The translations under genes were made by a program, and so were the position numbers. The notes beneath the pieces were generated by a model that was not told where the DNA came from, ran no database searches, and saw only the letters and a program-made list of their open reading frames with translations. A stretch of 61,198 bases of DNA from Planctomycetota bacterium (GTDB lineage: Bacteria; Planctomycetota; UBA11346). Positions within the stretch are counted from its first letter, which is position 1, and each line of letters opens with the position of its first letter. The stretch spans positions 1 to 61,198 of the forward strand of contig JAYVSL010000172.1 in assembly GCA_043775355.1 (NCBI GenBank), read 5' to 3'. Positions 1 to 8,400 of this stretch are shown in pieces.

Positions 1-150
1 TCTGAAAAGACGCCCCGATCGCTCGTATGCCCGCGTGCCGATGCACCCGTACGCAAGATCAATTACGAGAGAGGGATAGGTTATCGCAACGCCATTGCAG
101 CTAAAGGTGTAGTCGTGTGTCCAGACATCCCTCTAACGACGGCTGATTAA
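1..150 (+). CDS. possible 3' end of a gene that starts upstream of the window
   Basis: Frame 1 is open from base 1 to TAA at 148-150 (49 codons, ...GIGYRNAIAAKGVVVCPDIPLTTAD). It is followed by the hairpin at 154-186. No domain recognised. Confidence 0.3.
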   Translation, partial: SEKTPRSLVCPRADAPVRKINYERGIGYRNAIAAKGVVVCPDIPLTTAD

Positions 151-186
151 AAAACGCGCGCCGCTCTTATCCAGAACGGCGCGCGT
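149..186 (-). terminator. rho-independent-type terminator downstream of gnd, possibly bidirectional
   Basis: 10-bp GC-rich stem ACGCGCGCCG (154-163) / CGGCGCGCGT (177-186). On the minus strand it is followed by a TTTTT run (149-153). It lies between the convergent 1-150 frame and gnd. Confidence 0.55.
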
Positions 187-233
187 CGATTATCATCTCA
201 TCATCAGCACAGTCAGCGCCGTCAGCGTAACGT

Positions 234-1655
234 TTACGCTAACCATTCCGTATGAACGAATTCGCCAAGTTTTTCGTTGCGCTCATAAGTATGCGAGCCG
301 AACGCGTCGCGTTGGGCTTGCGTGACGTATGCTGGCAGGCGCGCGGTGGCGTAGCCTTCGATGTAAGCCAACGAGGCCGACAGTGCCGGCACTGGCAAGC
401 CAGCGGCGACGGCGGCGCCGACGACTTTGCGCAGCGCGGGCAGCGTGCGGGCGATGTCTTTCTTGAACTCTGCGGCGATCAGTAAGCTGGGCAGGTTCGG
501 CTGTTTCTTGAACGCGGTGGTGATGCGATCCAGGAACACCGCGCGGATGATGCAGCCGCCGCGCCAGATGGCGGGAATGCTGCCCAGGTCGGTGTTATAG
601 CCGCGTGCTTTGCTGCATTCCACGATTAGGCGCATGCCCTGGGCGTAAGCGGCGATCTTGGCGGCGTAGAGCGCTTTGGCGATGTCGTTGACGGAAACGC
701 CCTTGAGCTTTTTGACTTTGAGCTTCAGCACTTTTGCAGCGATTTCGCGTTCGACTTTCAGCGAGCTGATCAGGCGCGCATCGACTGCGGCGGTGATCGT
801 CGGAATCGGCACACCGACTTCGAGAGCGGCGACGGTGGTCCACTTGCCAGTGCCCTTTTGTCCCGCGCAATCGCGGATGGCGTCGAACAAGAATTTACCT
901 TTTTTCTTGGGGTCGGCTTTGTCGGCGATGTTGCCAGTCAATTCGATCAAGAAACTGGCGAGTTCACCTTTGTTCCACTTGGTGAAGGTGGCTGCGCACT
1001 TTTTGTGATTTTGTTTCAGGCCGCGAAACATCAGGTCGTAACATTCAGCGATCATTTGCATGTCGCCGTATTCGATGCCGTTGTGGACCATCTTGACGAA
1101 GTGACCAGCCGAGCCTTCGCCGCACCACGTCACGCACGCTTCAGCGTTATTTTTTCCCGCTTTGGCGCTGATCTCTTTCAAGATCGGCATCAATTTAGCG
1201 ACTGCCGCTTTGTCGCCACCAGGCATGATCGAAGGTCCGATGCGCGCGCCTTCTTCACCACCCGAAACGCCCATGCCGACGAAGAAGAAGTTCTTTCCCT
1301 TCGCGAAAGCATTGCGGCGATCGGTGTCCGCCCAGTGAGCGTTGCCGCCGTCAACCAGGATGTCGCCTTCTTGCAGCAGCGGAGCAATTTGCTCAATCAC
1401 GGCGTCAGTGCCCTTGCCAGCTTGCACCATGATGATGATGCGGCGTGGGCGCTTGATGGCGGCAACGAAGTCCGCGAGTTCTTTACAGGGAATAAAGCGC
1501 GCATTCTTGCCGTGCTCCCATTGCATGACCTCTTCGGTCTTTTCATAAGAACGGTTATAGATCGCCACGGTGTGACCGCGGGATTCAATGTTCTTGGCCA
1601 GGTTACGGCCCATTACGGCCATGCCGATTACGCCGGCGTCAGCAGTCGCAGTCAT
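234..1655 (-). CDS. gnd: 6-phosphogluconate dehydrogenase, decarboxylating
   Basis: 473-aa ORF of typical Gnd length. N-terminal Rossmann motif VIGMAVMGRNLAKNIESRGHTV, and conserved Gnd blocks (GGNAHW, GMGVSGGEEGAR, HFVKMVHNGIEYGDMQ) throughout. Confidence 0.95.
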   Translation of the reverse strand: MTATADAGVIGMAVMGRNLAKNIESRGHTVAIYNRSYEKTEEVMQWEHGKNARFIPCKELADFVAAIKRPRRIIIMVQAGKGTDAVIEQIAPLLQEGDILVDGGNAHWADTDRRNAFAKGKNFFFVGMGVSGGEEGARIGPSIMPGGDKAAVAKLMPILKEISAKAGKNNAEACVTWCGEGSAGHFVKMVHNGIEYGDMQMIAECYDLMFRGLKQNHKKCAATFTKWNKGELASFLIELTGNIADKADPKKKGKFLFDAIRDCAGQKGTGKWTTVAALEVGVPIPTITAAVDARLISSLKVEREIAAKVLKLKVKKLKGVSVNDIAKALYAAKIAAYAQGMRLIVECSKARGYNTDLGSIPAIWRGGCIIRAVFLDRITTAFKKQPNLPSLLIAAEFKKDIARTLPALRKVVGAAVAAGLPVPALSASLAYIEGYATARLPAYVTQAQRDAFGSHTYERNEKLGEFVHTEWLA

Positions 1656-1760
1656 ATGATAAGGTCCTTATCGTTGGTGAGGGAGTGACAGCCTGTAAGG
1701 ACCGCATCAAGCGTCCAGTGACAGTTGTTGGAGCTTTGGTATGCACGGGCTTCGTAAGTG

Positions 1761-1932
1761 AGAAGCTGTCTGGAAATACAGGATTGGACAGGATTGAACA
1801 GGAGTGCGCAGAGGCGCAGAGAAGAAAATGGTCAGGTACGACACAAAATTGCATCTTCCCGGACCTCTGATCTTCAGATTGGCTTGGCGTCTCCGCGTCC
1901 TCCTGTTCCATCTGCCTTTTCAGACAGTCTCT
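1761..1932. repeat. imperfect palindromic intergenic element, copy 1 (termini AGAAGCTGTCTGGAAA ... TTTTCAGACAGTCTCT)
   Basis: The 16-nt left terminus is identical to that of the element at 57122-57275. The right terminus is its near-perfect inverted copy. The interior is rich in GGA / TCC arms. It sits between the gnd start and the stop of the 1932-2222 gene. Confidence 0.6.
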
Positions 1933-2222
1933 CAGTTGCGAACCTGGCTGTAGCCCATTTGGATGATGTAGTCCATGCCAGGAACTTTCTGATTTTCATC
2001 AAGGATCAGATCAATCCGTGCGGTATTTTTGTCATCAATCTTGGTCATCACTTTTTGGACACCGGAGGTTTTGCGCAGCTGTTTCTCGTCATCGAGCAGC
2101 ATTTGCTGGGTAACATTGGGCTTGGTGTAGGTGAACGACACCGTGCGACCGCTGCTACAAGCCACCAAGGCGATGAGTGCGAGCGGGACGGAGGCAAAGG
2201 TCAGCAGGGAACGTGGGCGCAT
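1932..2222 (-). CDS. small lipoprotein, unknown function
   Basis: The internal ATG at 2222 gives 96 aa beginning MRPRSLLTFASVPLALIALVAC-SS (signal peptide plus lipobox). The upstream part of the 164-aa ORF is Arg/Trp/Gly-rich and looks non-coding. Confidence 0.6.
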   Translation of the reverse strand: MRPRSLLTFASVPLALIALVACSSGRTVSFTYTKPNVTQQMLLDDEKQLRKTSGVQKVMTKIDDKNTARIDLILDENQKVPGMDYIIQMGYSQVRN

Positions 2223-2349
2223 AGTAAAAGCTCCTAGGCCAGCATAGTGAAGGGTCTGGTCGGCCAGCCAAGGTGCGGTTGGGCCAGTACAGTTCCAAGT
2301 ACCGGCGAACGAGTGGCGCCGCCATTGGCAGCCGACACCATCGCCCGCC

Positions 2350-2481
2350 ATGTCGCGAATCCTGGTAGTGGAAGATGAACCGACGATAGCCGACGCGGTG
2401 GAATACGCGCTGAGCACCGAAGGCATGACGGTGGTGCGCGCAGGTACGCTGCATGTGGCACGGCAACATTTGCTTTTATAA
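2350..2481 (+). pseudogene. N-terminal fragment of an OmpR/PhoB-type response-regulator receiver domain (43 codons)
   Basis: ATG at 2350 gives MSRILVVEDEPTIADAVEYALSTEGMTVVRAGTLHVARQHLLL, then TAA at 2479-2481. This is the first beta-alpha-beta of a REC domain with the acidic VVEDE pocket. The phospho-Asp strand and output domain are missing. It is below the ORF-track size cut-off. Confidence 0.6.
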
Positions 2482-2626
2482 GATCTGTCGAGTCACAGTG
2501 AGCAGGAGAGCAGGCCGAATAAAAGTATAAGCGAGTAGACCATCGAATTTTGACCGCGTTTTCACCGCGCTAGCGGGAAACCGATTCGGTGGTTGGGTCG
2601 GCCAGCAAGGTTATTACGTTGCGGTC

Positions 2627-3088
2627 ATGACAAGCCTCGCACTGACACCCGATGAAGAAGCGCACAGCCTGTTGCAAATGCATGGTGGTGACTCTGGGCT
2701 GGCCGAATGCCTGCGCGTGTTGAGTAGCCAATTTGGGATTATTCAGTCACGGGCCCAGCTGTTGCTGACGTTAGCGACCATCGTGCTCACGATTACTGGT
2801 TTTTCTGGGCCACGCATCGCCGCAAGTGGAATATTTGCTCGTACAGCGATGGCGGTCGGCTTGGTATTAACTTTGATCGCAGTGTTAGTGTTGTTGCTGA
2901 ACTTGCGCATTCGTTGGCTGACTCAATTTCGTGAGACCAGTGTTCATGCCACCTTGGTGTCCATTATGGTTTATCGTGACGGCAAACGGAAAGCGTACTT
3001 GGGAATTATTAGTTTGCTGATCGCGGGCCTGGCAAGTTATGTCGCGGCAGTGGTGGCGTATTTAATCACGGGAGAACCCGCTCACTAA
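2627..3088 (+). CDS. small integral membrane protein (3-4 TM), unknown function
   Basis: 153-aa ORF with an ATG start. It has three to four clear hydrophobic helices (LLLTLATIVLTITGF, AVGLVLTLIAVLVLLL, ISLLIAGLASYVAAVVAYLI). Confidence 0.5.
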   Translation: MTSLALTPDEEAHSLLQMHGGDSGLAECLRVLSSQFGIIQSRAQLLLTLATIVLTITGFSGPRIAASGIFARTAMAVGLVLTLIAVLVLLLNLRIRWLTQFRETSVHATLVSIMVYRDGKRKAYLGIISLLIAGLASYVAAVVAYLITGEPAH

Positions 3089-3183
3089 ATAATTCGGCTC
3101 TAGGAGAAATGAGGTTTGCTCAGGCCATGCGGAACAGCCGTCACCTGCATGACGTATCTCGGGCGAACCCATTGGAGACCGCT

Positions 3184-3471
3184 ATGCGCCACGTCCTCAC
3201 TTTAGCTTTGTTCGCTCTCTTGGCTCCCGTATTTGCCGGTGATCCGCCCGCCCCAGCGGCTGGCGCGGCCAAGGCATATCCGTTGACCACCTGCATCGTC
3301 AGTGGTGAGAAACTTGGCGAGATGGGGCCGGAGGTTCCCAAAGTGTACGATGGTCAAGAAGTGAAATTTTGCTGCAAAGGCTGTATCAAAAAGTTTGAAA
3401 AGGATATTGCTGGAAATGTGAAGAAAATTACTGACGCAGCGGCAGCGGCGTCTGCTCCGAAGGCCAAGTAG
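3184..3471 (+). CDS. secreted Cys-rich YHS/TRASH-like putative metal-binding protein
   Basis: The internal ATG at 3184 gives the signal peptide MRHVLTLALFALLAPVFAG. The motif TTCIVSGEKL...VKFCCKGCIKKFEKD resembles YHS/TRASH metallochaperone folds. It is the first gene of the efflux operon. Confidence 0.6.
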   Translation: MRHVLTLALFALLAPVFAGDPPAPAAGAAKAYPLTTCIVSGEKLGEMGPEVPKVYDGQEVKFCCKGCIKKFEKDIAGNVKKITDAAAAASAPKAK

Positions 3472-3499
3472 TTAACGGCAGATTGCTGAGGTATTGGTC

Positions 3500-3892
3500 A
3501 TGTTGCGTCAGTTGTTCATGTTTGCGCTCGCCTTCGGGGCGGGCGCGTTGCTCACCTTGGCGGTGCGCAGTGCGTGGCATCGTCCATACGCTGCGAAAAT
3601 CCCTGAATTACCCGCGCCGAAGTTGCCTCACTCTGCCCCGGCAGCTTCTGAAAAGAAAACCTCCGTTGAGGCACCGGTCGATCACGCGGCGACGCCGTCG
3701 GTGAAACCGGTGAACACCGTGTGTTCTCTTTGTGGCATGGACGTCGATCCCGAAATACCGAGTGTCATTTTTAATGGCCAGACGATTGGTTTCGCTTGCT
3801 TAAAGTGTCCACCAAAGTTCGCGCATAATCCTGCGCTATTTGGTCCATATTATTTGCGTAATGAAAAAGTGCCGAAGGAATTGCTTCCATGA
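3500..3892 (+). CDS. membrane-anchored YHS/TRASH-like metal-binding protein
   Basis: ATG at 3500 has GAGG about 10 nt upstream. There is an N-terminal TM helix, then VCSLCGMDVDPE...GFACLKCPPKF (CxxCGM ... CxxC, YHS-like). Its stop overlaps the next start (ATGA at 3889-3892). Confidence 0.6.
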   Translation: MLRQLFMFALAFGAGALLTLAVRSAWHRPYAAKIPELPAPKLPHSAPAASEKKTSVEAPVDHAATPSVKPVNTVCSLCGMDVDPEIPSVIFNGQTIGFACLKCPPKFAHNPALFGPYYLRNEKVPKELLP

Positions 3893-5193
3893 GGCGTACG
3901 CTCCTGACCGTCATCGCGGGGGTAATGGTTGGCGCGGGCGTCATTGCCCTCACGCCGTCGTCGCTGCTGTTCGTCCCAGATGCGGTCGCAGCGCACGCTG
4001 ATGATGTGAACGCAGAACGCTGGGCCTGTCCGATGCTCGATTTTATCGGCACGCATCCTGGAAATTGTCCGGTGTGCGGCATGAAAATGGAACGCATGAC
4101 GGCAGGTGAAATTACGCGCGAACAACAAAGCCGCATGGGCGTTGAGCTCGCAACGGTAACGGAGGGCCCAGCGCTGGTGATCGTGCGCGCGTCGGGCTCC
4201 GCTGAATATGACCATCGTTCGACCAGCGTTGTCATTCCACGTGTCGCTGGGCGCGTAGTTCGTCGATACCACACAACGTTTGGTCACATCCATGAAATAG
4301 AAGCTGGAGAGCCGATAATTGATCTTTTTAGTTTGGAGGCCTATCGCGCTCAAGTCGATCTGCAGACGGTAGTGAAACTTAAAGATCAAAAACTGATTGC
4401 TACCTTACGCGAACGCTTCGTGCGCTGGAATTTGGCTCCGGCTGCGGATGCCGTTATTGCTGGCGGAGAACCGCAAGAAATCGTAACCATTACCACGCCA
4501 TTCTCTGGACGAGTCCTGTTGCATGATGTGGGAAAGACTGACGAGGACTTGACCGTTGGCAAAGAAGTTGCTGCCGACATGCCGCTCCTGAGTTTAGTCG
4601 ATCCCAATAAACTAGTCTTGGTCTTGCATGTACCCGAAACGCGCTCGGGATTCTTGCGTGAAGGTCAAACGGTGTTGCTGGCCAGCGATGATCGCGGCGA
4701 TCTGCCCGAAGTGAATGCCGTCATCGGCCGCGTCGCGAATGAAATAAATCCAGAGATTCGGACGGTTGAAGTGCGGATTTTCGTGAGTGGCGCGCGTAAT
4801 GTTTTGCGTCCAGGGTCGCTGGTAACCGCGCGCATGCAGGGCGTCTTGTCGCCCACGCTGACGCCAGCAGATCCGGCGGCGAAAGATTCGTGGGGCACGT
4901 TTGCTTTGGTGCCGAAAAGCGCGGTATTATCTACCGGTGTTCGTCATCTCGCTTGGCGTCTTCGTCCGGGTGAAGGCCCGCAGCACTATGATCCGGTACC
5001 ACTATGGCTTGGTCCACGTATCGAAAGCGCGGACGGAAACGATCTTTTCGTCGTGCGCGAAGGATTGAAGGTCGGCGATCACGTGGCAACGCAGGGCGCG
5101 TTTTTAATTGATGCGCAGGCGCAACTTGCGGGCACGCCATCGCTGTTATTTCCCACGGGCGCTGGAACGTCAGCCGCTGGTCATTCGCATTAA
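3889..5193 (+). CDS. cusB: RND efflux periplasmic adaptor (CusB-like) with N-terminal heavy-metal-binding domain
   Basis: 434 aa. The motif WACPMLDFIGTHPGNCPVCGMKMERM matches the CPMHP...PGKCPxCGM heavy-metal-binding domain of Cus/Sil adaptors. The remainder is membrane-fusion-protein-like. It lies directly upstream of the CusA-like pump. Confidence 0.8.
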   Translation: MRRTLLTVIAGVMVGAGVIALTPSSLLFVPDAVAAHADDVNAERWACPMLDFIGTHPGNCPVCGMKMERMTAGEITREQQSRMGVELATVTEGPALVIVRASGSAEYDHRSTSVVIPRVAGRVVRRYHTTFGHIHEIEAGEPIIDLFSLEAYRAQVDLQTVVKLKDQKLIATLRERFVRWNLAPAADAVIAGGEPQEIVTITTPFSGRVLLHDVGKTDEDLTVGKEVAADMPLLSLVDPNKLVLVLHVPETRSGFLREGQTVLLASDDRGDLPEVNAVIGRVANEINPEIRTVEVRIFVSGARNVLRPGSLVTARMQGVLSPTLTPADPAAKDSWGTFALVPKSAVLSTGVRHLAWRLRPGEGPQHYDPVPLWLGPRIESADGNDLFVVREGLKVGDHVATQGAFLIDAQAQLAGTPSLLFPTGAGTSAAGHSH

Positions 5194-5272
5194 AATGAAA
5201 TTTGGAATGATCAGAGATGATGGGATAGTTCGTTATAGGCGGTTATTTCTATTCATGAAGGTAGGAAACGTG

Positions 5273-5384
5273 ATTGAACAAGAGGAACGGAGGAACGGAG
5301 GGAGAGGAAGTCGGCAGCAGGTGTTGGTGACTACCAAAAAAAATATTCCCGCTTTCCTCCGTTCCTCCGTTCCTCTTGTTCAAT
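5273..5384. repeat. 29-bp perfect inverted repeat (large hairpin) between adaptor and pump genes
   Basis: ATTGAACAAGAGGAACGGAGGAACGGAGG (5273-5301) is the exact reverse complement of 5356-5384, with a 54-nt loop. ORFs on both strands here (EQEERRNGG on each) are mirror artefacts of the palindrome. Confidence 0.85.
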
Positions 5385-5453
5385 GCTGACTTTTCGTATG
5401 AACACCAGGTCACTGATAACTGCTAAGGTTCGACCACGAATGATGATCAGCCG

Positions 5454-8400
5454 ATGATTGCCTGGTGTATTCGTAATCCACTGATCGTCCTGGTGATGAC
5501 CTTGGGCATTGCTGTCGCTGGTATGTGGTCGTGGCAGCGTGTGCCGGTGGATGCGATTCCGGATTTGTCTGACAATCAAGTCATCGTGTGGGCTGAGTGG
5601 CCGGGAAAAAGTCCCGAAGATATTGACGTTCAAATTACTGGCCGCTTAGCGCGCGAGCTACAAGGACTTCCAGGCGTACAAACCGTGCGTGGACTATCGT
5701 TGAGCGGCAGCTCGTACGTTTACGTTATTTTTGATGAGCGGCGAAATTTGTATGATTGCCGTACGCGCGTGCTCGAACGTCTCGGGCAAATACAAAGTGT
5801 GCTTCCAGTGGGAGTTTCTCCACGTTTGGGACCAGATGCTTCTGCCATGGGCCAGGTGTTTGCGTTTACACTGCAAGGCAAACGCGATGTTGAAAGCAAG
5901 CGTCATGTATTAGATCAGTTGGTAGTTCCTGCACTGCGTGGGGTCACTGGCGTAGCGGAAGTCGCACCCGCCGGTGGCGTGGTGCGTGAATATCAGATTG
6001 ATGTTGATCCTACGCGACTCGAAGAGCAGGGCATCACGCTCGATATGTTAATGATGGCAGTGAGTCGCGCAGGTCGCGACGTCGGCGCGATGTCGGTCGA
6101 GCAATCCGGTATCGAGACCATGATTCGTGGCGTCGGTTTTATTCGTTCGAGTGCAGAGATCGAAGACCTCGTCATCCGGGCTAATAAAGCTCAGCGTGCG
6201 GGTTTGCGTTTAAAAGATGTAGCCACGGTCACGCTTGGTGGTGCCGTACGCCAAGGGTTATTGGCCGACGCCGAGCAGGAACAGGCTGGCGCGATCGTCG
6301 CCATGCGCGTGCACGAAGACCCCTCGCAGGTGATTCGCGCGGTGAAACAGCGTCTTTTAGAACTGCGCCCAGCGTTGCAGCAAGAAAGCTTAACCGCGAT
6401 TCCGTTTTATGACCGCTCGCAGTTGATTAGCGAAACCAGTCGCACCTTGAGTCATACGTTAATCGAAGAACTGATCGTCACCAGTTTGGTGGTGTTGTTT
6501 TTCCTGCTGCATGCACGCGCCAGCTTGGCCGTAGCGATGGTGCTGCCGCTTGGTGTTCTGGCGACGTTCCTGGCGATGTACACGGTTGGCCTGGGTGCGA
6601 ACCTGATGTCGTTGGCGGGCATCGCGATTGCCATTGGCGTGATGGTCGATTTTGCCATCGTCATGACCGAAAATATAACCCAGCATTTATGTGCGTTGCG
6701 GCGGCATCCTGACTTTAAGAGTGTGGCCATCCATTCGCCCTTCGATCCTGCGGTGATCAACGCCGTGACGGCTGGTGCGAAAGAAGTGGCGCGCCCGCTG
6801 TTGACCGCAGCGGCGACGACAATTGTTGGATTTCTTCCGCTGTTTGTGCTCGATGACCAAGCGGGACGTTTGTTTGTGCCTTTAGCGATTACCAAAACGC
6901 TGGCGATCGCAGCGGCAGTATTGTTTGGTATGTTATTGGTGCCGGTGGTGTGTCGTTTCTTGCTGCCGCCATGGGAAGTTCGGCGCTCCGTGTTGATCGC
7001 ACTTGTGGTCGTGCTTGCTGGTGCTGCTGGTGTGTGGATCGGCGCAACCGGACTGAATATTCCCCGTGATCATGAGCGTTGGTTTATTCATATTCCAGGA
7101 TGGCTTGCGGGGCCATTGGTAGCCGTGCTTGCTGGTGCGTTGGTTTGGCGTTTGGGGCGTGAACGTTTGATCGATCCGGAAGATAACGCAGTCGCGCGTG
7201 GAATTCATTGGGCCTACGACTGGGCATTGACGCGACTTTTACGCCATAAATTAACTTTTACTGGCGTCATCGTGATGCTGGCGTTTGGTGGTTGGTTATT
7301 GGGCTTGGGATGGCACACCGTGTCGTGGCCGCTGGCGAAAAGTTTTTCGTTGGTTGGCGGCGATCTACGGACGACAAGTTTGGATGCGACCCTGACCCGA
7401 ATTTTCCCAGGACTGGGATCAAGTTTCTTGCCTCCGTTAGATGAAGGTTCTTTACTCTTCATGCCGTCATTACCGGCGGGCGCTGGTCTGGGCGAAACCG
7501 AACGGGTGATGCAAATTCAAAATCGTTTGATCGCGGAATTACCAGAAGTGTCAGGAGTGATGGGGAAAATGGGGCGGGCGGAGTCAGCCCTAGATCCGGC
7601 GCCTATTGGGATGATTGAAACGATCGTCCTGTTGAAACCCTATCGTGAATGGCCGGTGCAAGATATTCTTCGTCCAGACGGCACCAGCGAACGACGGCCA
7701 CGGACGTTGGATGAGGTGCGTCGTTTACTCAGTGCCGTCACCGATATTCCCGGCGTCGCGCCAAGTTGGTTGCAGCCAATTGAGACGCGGGTGGTGATGT
7801 TGTCGACCGGAATTCGTAGTCCGCTGGCGCTGCAATTTTTGGGCGATGATCATGCGGTGTTGGAGCGACTCGCCGAGCAGGCCGAAGCCGTCGTGCGTGG
7901 GGTTGCGGGCGCGACGGATGTCCAGATGCAGCGCGAAGGCGGCAAGCCGTACGCCGAGCTACGACTGGATCATGAACGCATGGCGCGCTTTGGTTTGACG
8001 ACCGAGCAAGTCATGCAGGCGTTGGAAGTGGCTCTCGGCGGCATGCCGCTGGCGTGGTCAGTGGAAGGCACGCAGCGCTATGGCGTGCGTATTCGCTACA
8101 GCCGTGAACGGCGCGATGACCACGATGAAATCGATCAAGTGCAGGTACCCAGAGGGAATGGCCTGCACGGCGCGATTCCGCTGGCGATGTTGGCGGCTTC
8201 TCCGGTGGAATACCGCATTCGACTCAACGGCATTGAATCTCCAGAATGGTTGCGGGCGCAATCTTTGGCGACTCAGCGCAATCTGACCGTGATCGGCAAA
8301 GACACCGTTTTGCTGACCTTGCCCGCCGATGAGAAACCGCTGACGACCATCGCTCAGACGACCGGCACCTGGGCCGTCGAGTCCACCCGTCCTGCTGATC

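Noticed and set aside
858-1688. 276-aa plus-strand ORF, and several others, overlapping gnd
   Set aside because: It is antisense to a full-length, motif-perfect Gnd. Its composition is odd (Phe/Arg/His/Ala-rich) and it has no motifs. This is a typical shadow ORF.
1761-1932. GGA-rich elements (also 5273-5384 and 57122-57275) as CsrA/RsmA-sponge sRNAs
   Set aside because: Most GGA motifs lie in arms that pair with complementary TCC arms, whereas CsrA sites are normally presented in loops. No promoter or terminator framing was identified. They are kept only as palindromic repeats.
2627-3088. Small multi-TM protein as a SLATT/Pycsar-type membrane effector
   Set aside because: No cyclase, SMODS, TIR or other defence partner is adjacent, and I cannot support homology from motifs by eye.
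5108-5633. ORFs 5108-5389 (+) and 5331-5633 (-) spanning the cus intergenic hairpin
   Set aside because: Both read the same EQEERRNGG peptide because they translate the two arms of a perfect palindrome. There is no start context or motifs.
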